Below are positions 57,422 to 64,000 of a stretch of DNA of 64,000 nt, piece after piece (position 1 is the stretch's first letter; the number at the start of each line of letters is the position of its first letter). The stretch covers positions 124,001 through 188,000 of the forward strand of contig NMRA01000101.1 in NCBI GenBank assembly GCA_002633005.1, read 5' to 3'. Source of the DNA: Phoronis australis (Eukaryota > Animalia > Phoronida). The position numbers were made by a program, and so were the translations under genes. The notes beneath the pieces are model-generated. The model saw only the letters and a program-made list of their open reading frames with translations, did not search any database and was not told where the DNA came from.

Positions 57422-60400
57422 GCTGGCTACCGACCACGTAGCGGCACGCAGGGAACCAGCGAGAATGCCATACTCGTTTTTTAAAATAGTCTCGCAAAAC
57501 GAGACTTTCACGAGATTGTAATGCAAACTGTTTCTCGGATGGTTTCCGGCACACCGTAAAACCCGAGGTTTTTTTGCCAAACTAGCATATTCACAATTTA
57601 ATGAGACATAGTATTTTTAAAGCGATGTGTCTTTATCGTCAAAACGTAATAAAATTAGACCTGCGACTAAAACTTTGTCTGTTTGGGAATGACAAGCATC
57701 CACACTTACATGAAATTTAGCCTAGTGGTTTACAATTTCAAGTTCCAGGTCCTCAGGGAGTGTACCGTAGCTTACCTGAGTTGAAAGAAAATTCTTCATA
57801 ATCCGTGCACTGTTGAAGGACGACTTAAGTATTTGTGAGCCTTCATTAAATTGCCGAGAAATCTATTTTTTCTAAGAGTCAGTATTTTTTAAACTTCAAA
57901 GGTGGCCCTGCGAGGTGCGAAGACGTTATTGACAGAATCGTGACTTGCGCTTTCCAGTGTGGCAGTTTTGCACACATTTGACTCTGATGGAGCCTGCAAT
58001 GTAAACTCGGTACACAGATATGTTCTTCCTTTTAAGCTTCAGAGATTTTCATCAGTTTTCACGAAATTAACCTACCCTTGTTCTTATTTCAACCGGGATT
58101 TCGTTTGATTTCGATTTTATTTTTCCACGGCTCTGAATGAACTGATAATAATATTGGCTACTTTTCGAAAGGTTATAGTCACTTACAGGGTTGGCACATT
58201 TTGAGAACCAGTTTTATCCACTGCGTATCAAACTGGTTCTCAAAATCCTGGACTATTGTTCATCGGGACTATACTCAGTGGTGTAGCTGCAGGTGAACAA
58301 GAGTGTATTGCAAATAGAACATTGGGCCTTTATAACCGGCAATAGATTAATACTTCCATTTTATGTTCACTGCTTGTGAAAGAATAGTATATTCATTCTA
58401 ACTCTGTATTAAAACGACAAAGCTGTTATTAGTGCAGGTTGGCCTTCAGTTGTCCAGGTAAGGAGTTTCGATCTATTTTTTATTTGTGTGGCAACTGTTT
58501 TTGTGTAAATGAGAAACACTTCCCGTTGAAGTGACACGAATTACATGAAATGCAAAAAATGCAACTGACTCAAAACTCTGATCTTCAAAGCCGCTGTCTG
58601 TTATACAAATAGTTCGTTAAATGTGACCGTATATGTTTATGGGAAGCTTTGTGTTAACTCGTAATTATTTCAGGACTATAAATACATATATATTATAGCG
58701 TGTATCTTACGAAGTTTTCGTGTTAAGTCGCACCTTCTTCTCAAACTATTTTTTGATTTAAGCCACACACTTTTATGAAATCTTTGTCATCTAATTCCTT
58801 CCCCAGATTGGAATGACTGCTAGGCTTAAGTGGAAGGGTCTTATTTGCTTCAGATCAGATCGTTGCCTGTCACGGTGAGTTCGTTTCAGACCCCTACGCT
58901 GTATGATCGGTCGGCCTCCCGAGTGCGCGGAGTATAATCTCTGTACTCAAATTGACCACTTGCATGGCACGCTTCGAGTGAACTTACAGAGAGTGTACTC
59001 AAATTATGGAGCGTGATTGGTCAAGTTTCAGATCTGATACAAGTAGATACACTGTATGAGAGAAGGAAACGTTTTCAGGGGTGAAACGCTTTCAGCAAGA
59101 CTGGCAACTCTCCGCGAAGAGTAACTTTGGCCAGCAGTTCGTTTCCTCTCATCACCCGAATCGCTGTCAAAACATTTTCCCTCTCTGCCATAAATTAATT
59201 GACTAAAGAGACTAATTCCTTTTACTGCCAAAAAAGCGCATTTGGGGGATTATTGTTGCTTCTGATAAACTTCTTGTTTTGACCAGAACTTTCAAACAAA
59301 ATTCGTTGTGGTTTCGTGTTTTTATTACAAATTGTCAGTTCTCGCCCACATTATCTGCCAGACATTCGCTGAAATAAAGGGTGGTGTCTCTACCATTTTT
59401 ACATACTTAAAAAGAATAGTGATAATAAATAGTGGCTGATGAAAAAAAAATAGAATTGTACCAGAACTAAAAATCATGGAGATGAAATTATGCCATGTTT
59501 AGGTAAAAAATACGAGCTACCGTAACAGTTGCAAGGAAACGCAGAACAGATTAGTACAAGTACATATAGCATGGATGATAGCAGATTTTGACATCCATTT
59601 TCACTATAAGTAACAAACGCATATCAGATCAATGCAAACAGCAACAAGAACAACGAATGATCCCAAGCATCATAACCTATAGTATATAACGACTTGCCAT
59701 ACTGCAGACTTGTATCATGGACAATACCAGATTGATGTATCACTTTAGAAGAAGTAAGCTTATCATGAAAAGCGCATGATTTTTAAAGAATAAAAACATG
59801 AGCGAGCACGTTTAGCTTGCTGACCGTCGTACTGCAGTACACTCACCTTGGAACACACACTTTGATATTCACCTCTTATGAAATGAAAAACAAATAAAAC
59901 AGAACAAAGCTAGGCAAAAATACAATTGTAGATTTTTTTAGCATTCAGTGACAAGGCACATATTTCCACCATGGGTGCAAAGCACATGGGATAGAAAATA
60001 AAAGATATTGTTTTTTTTTTCTGAGAACCATACACCTGACATGTATTACTGTTATTGGCCCATTGATTCCACATATTTCTGTCTGGCCTTCAGCTGATCT
60101 CAAGTTGAGCGCGATATTTTCCTCAAAGTGATTTCCAGGGTGCAAAACGTGGTAAATAAGCTCACTCCGGTAAAAATAAGCTGCGCGTCCGTCTACAGTA
60201 AAGGTGATCTAGACAATCTGATATTGACTTTCTAAGTGCAGTCAATACCTCGAGTTGATTTTTCTCTTTTGGATATCCCAACAAATCTGATTAGAGGAGC
60301 AAAAAGACGCCAGTGAACACACACTGTTTCGTCTTTCTTTGTAGTTATTTTTTCTCGTGTGATATTAATATGGTTTATTTTCAGTTCTTAGGCCTCCAGG

Positions 60401-63400
60401 CCATATACGCCCATACACGTAGGTAAGACAAGTGCGTCTGTACTCAAGTGTCTCAGTTTCGATTTTCAGTTTATAATTTGAACACCTGCTACTTGCAGGA
60501 GCTGAAATTGAATAAGAGATGTCGTTCATCTCCATCAATACGTTTGTTTGAATTTGCTCATAAATATTTCTTCGTTTTCAACTTCTTGACTGACCCATAT
60601 AATGCTAAACTTAATCCAGTACAGCAATTTTTTACCATGAGGATCCCAGTGTTCGCGGTCATACTGAAGCATATAGCATACTATGGGAATATCTACTCTC
60701 GTGCATCTTCAACAATGTCAACCAATATTAGTACTCCCATTGGCAGGATGTCTGCCTAACTCATCTCTGACTGCTGAATTTGGGAAACGTTGACTGAGAG
60801 CTGATACAAATTTATAATATCTGTTAATCCCAACATTGGGGCCAGTGTGCAAATCCCACGCCTCTGAAGCAGGCATGACACGAGGACGTATTTTAGTATC
60901 GAGCAGCTGTAACTAAACATTTACACAAAACTTAGATTGAGACATATACTTTTTTCTGCAAAGCAGGGATTTTCATGCCTGATCAGCTTTATTGAACTGA
61001 GTTTTTGTTAAGACACCTTCTGTAGTAAAATAAGTACCAAGGTGTTTGTAATTAGATTTAACGCTAACTTGACACAGTACTCTGTTAATGGACGATTTTC
61101 CATAATTACCTAAGTAACACCCTTCCTGAACACCACAATTTGGGTTTTTTTTACGTGCTAATTTTCAGATTCCATTTTTACAATATATCTCGATCTTCTT
61201 AATAAGCTGTTTCAATTGTATTGCTATTTTAGGTAATACAACTAAACCATATAACACAATGCAACGTCAACATAGGCTTGATGACACACTATCCTCAATA
61301 TTGGAAGTCAACTCTCGTTCAAGATCATTAAATACAAAAGTGAAAACTGGCATCCTCGTCTTACTCCCTACTAACAATCAAAATAATTCATGATTTCACC
61401 AATTGGGTGAATTCAAGACCAAAATCAAAAAATTCTTTTTTATGACGCAATGAACGATTTTATACGAAACACCAATAGCCTTAAGTACGACTTATCATCT
61501 AACAACACCACAAAATATGCCGGAATTTTGGGGGTAAAGTTATGTACTGATTTCCGTTGAAAACTGGGGGGATCAGACTTTCAAGCTAATAAGCGCCATG
61601 ACATTTGCTTGAACTGCATTTTAATGGTATTAAAGTAAAGTAAAGCGCATAAAATGATCCAATTCCGTGATAAAGGGTTTATAGTTTTTTTTAACTGGTC
61701 TGAGCCGTACTGCACACTTAAAATATCCTGCCGTTTAACACGTGAGATTTGTTTGATAGCGCGTTCGATTTCGCGGCATTGCCTATTTCTGTAAAATTTC
61801 TTTTTTTCTACGGGAATGTTCCTTTAAATGCGACGTAAATAAAAGTCTCGTAACCTTAGTGCAAGCGAAAACGTCAGAAGTTTTAGTAACTCAAGCCAAC
61901 AGCAAAGTGCCAACGAAGCGCCACCAAAGGTGATACTTGTAACCCCTGCGGGTACTGGCGTTTTTGCTACTAGTAGTGATAGAAAAAACTCAGCGTTTTA
62001 GCCAGGTAGTGAACGGAGTACATGAGTCGAGTAGGAGCTTAGACAATGGGTAAGTGGTTCATATACGCTTAACTTATGCATTGTGCATGGCATTATCTTT
62101 AGATGTTTTAGATAATCGTGCGTCTTTGAAACACACACGATTCCTTTAGTGGGCGATAATGCGAAGTAGTCTCAGGGTTAGTTATATCATAGAGACACAG
62201 TAACGTCTGTCACTCTGCAAGCCCAGTCTATCCACGCCTTAGAATGACAAGTGCACTCTTAGACTGTAGTGAAGTACGAGTGTGTACGCTTTATCTTATA
62301 TGAAAAAGGAGGCTCCCTAATTTTCGATATCGACAACTATATAATGTGTGCTTTGCATAAAACGTAAGCTGTTCTAGCCGTTCTCGTATCCACACCAAGA
62401 AGCGACCAAGCCAGATAAAGTATTGTACCGGTGCATTATAACAACACTCATTCTAGGGCTTCCTCCGCTATATTCAGAATAATACACTAAACGAGTTCTT
62501 GCCCGCATTTTGTGCTGCTGAAAAGTCCGAGCTAATGATGATCGCAAGCGTATGATACAGGAGTAATGTCTCTGAACTAGCGGCTGCGAGAGAGATTACT
62601 AAAACTGCCGTCTGATAAATACAGTTGTCGTCATCATTGTTTCACACAGTACTGCGGATTGATAAACGGATAGTGAGATTTCAATTAGCATAACATAGAA
62701 TAAAGCATAATAATTCGCTGGTAAATATCCATATTTTAATAGCTAATACACCTAAACAGCTGTAAAGCAAGTAGTTTGTAAGCACTGCATTATTAAAAAC
62801 CCGCATTAAATAAGGACTCACTTACAAGGAGGTTCCCTGAAAACGTTGCTCTTGAGTGAAGACGCTTCCCCAAAAAATCTTTGTAAAGGATTAACGCCTA
62901 TAGTACCGTGTGGTATAGTGTTGAACTAAAATTTAACATTTAACTGACAACAAATTGGATTGTAATGTTTTACATCGTCTAGGCTACTTAGAATACGAAG
63001 TTCTTGTTGCAAAGTGGCGCCTTTCGTTGGCAACTGATCGGTGAATGGGGGCAGGTTCTGGAATCACTAAAGAATTAAGATGTATATTGGGGTTCAATGT
63101 GTTCCATCTGATATAGAGTTCGTGTAATCTGCCGTAAGTGCTATCACGCCTGGCTAACGTCTACTTATGTGAGCTAAACGTGACACGAAAGCCATAGAAA
63201 TTTACTCCGCTTCATGTGTGAATTTGTTGGTTATTGAAGAACACACCACTGGATTGTAAAGTTGGGGTACGAGAATGGTAACCTTTTTTACATACACTTT
63301 GATGTTAATTTCGTACTTTCTTCAGGAAAGATTATTTACAAGAGCGGAATTGTTGGTAAGGGTGTTTAGTTTAATAGCATTTGATTATTTTTTACTACAT

Positions 63401-64000
63401 ATTTTTCATGAAGCTTATCTCAGTGTTCATTTTTGTGTCATCCAATCGCGTTTTCTATTTCCGCGCACTTCTTTATGTGCTGATGTCTTCGATGACGTCA
63501 CTACCGCCTGTAGAAGTTATTCCATCCTCGTCCGTGGAAAGTGATCGATCAGAGAAATCAAAGCTAGTTGAGCATTAAACTACACGGGCTTAATGTTCAC
63601 CACTTACGCTTATTTATCAAATATCTTAGCGTCTACTGGCAAAGCGGTTTGTCTGAATAGCTGAAAATATTTAGACAAAATTACAGAACAGGTCAGTATG
63701 GTTCTATGGTTTGAAATTTCACGTCAAATTTCACTTCTTCGACGGTTTCGCTTGTGTTTGTACGATTATGCAATGCTGAATCAGGAATACCGTAATAAGG
63801 AACTGAAACTGTTAGAAAAATAATGGTTTTGATGACCATATTGTTGCTCTAGCCATCACCACTTGTTCTGAGATCATTCACATTTCTGAATGTTGTTACA
63901 AGAAGTGAGTTAATGAGGTACGATAACAATCCGAGTCGAACTAATTTACTGTGTCAACTATAGTTGCTGCCATTGAAACATTATATGGAAGACGGCATAT

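Noticed and set aside
54364-57580. Long ORFs in the ORF track
   Set aside because: Artefacts of translating through N gaps.
57422-64000. Short ORFs and scattered similarity to 49020-49140 (near 61890-62005)
   Set aside because: No coherent exon chain or recognisable protein. At most these are old dispersed repeat fragments.

Overview
Eukaryotic, intron-rich metazoan DNA. The repeat types suggest a lophotrochozoan such as a mollusc, which is inference only. Bases 2.6-47.2 kb hold one + strand gene for the SWR1-family chromatin remodeller domino (SRCAP/EP400 co-orthologue). I traced 49 coding exons by hand and all phases are consistent; they encode EP400_N, HSA, a split SNF2 ATPase and SANT. 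The gene appears to make two C-terminal isoforms. Read-through of a donor at 29399/29400 gives a ~2593-aa SANT-less DOM-B/SRCAP-type protein with its own poly(A) signal. Splicing at that donor gives a ~3015-aa SANT and Gln-rich DOM-A/EP400-type protein. The shared introns at 7.6-20.9 kb hide about ten box H/ACA guide RNAs, one per intron. They include two SNORA3 homologues, a near-identical duplicated pair, and a CAB-box scaRNA candidate complementary to the U4 snRNA 5' end. Target assignments rely on my recollection of conserved human/yeast rRNA and snRNA sequences and need checking against this species. Also present are a GC-AG intron, several non-autonomous DNA transposons (one nested), minisatellites, a LINE remnant, three assembly gaps, and a possible divergent gene start at the left edge. 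I found no supportable gene in 47.3-64 kb.
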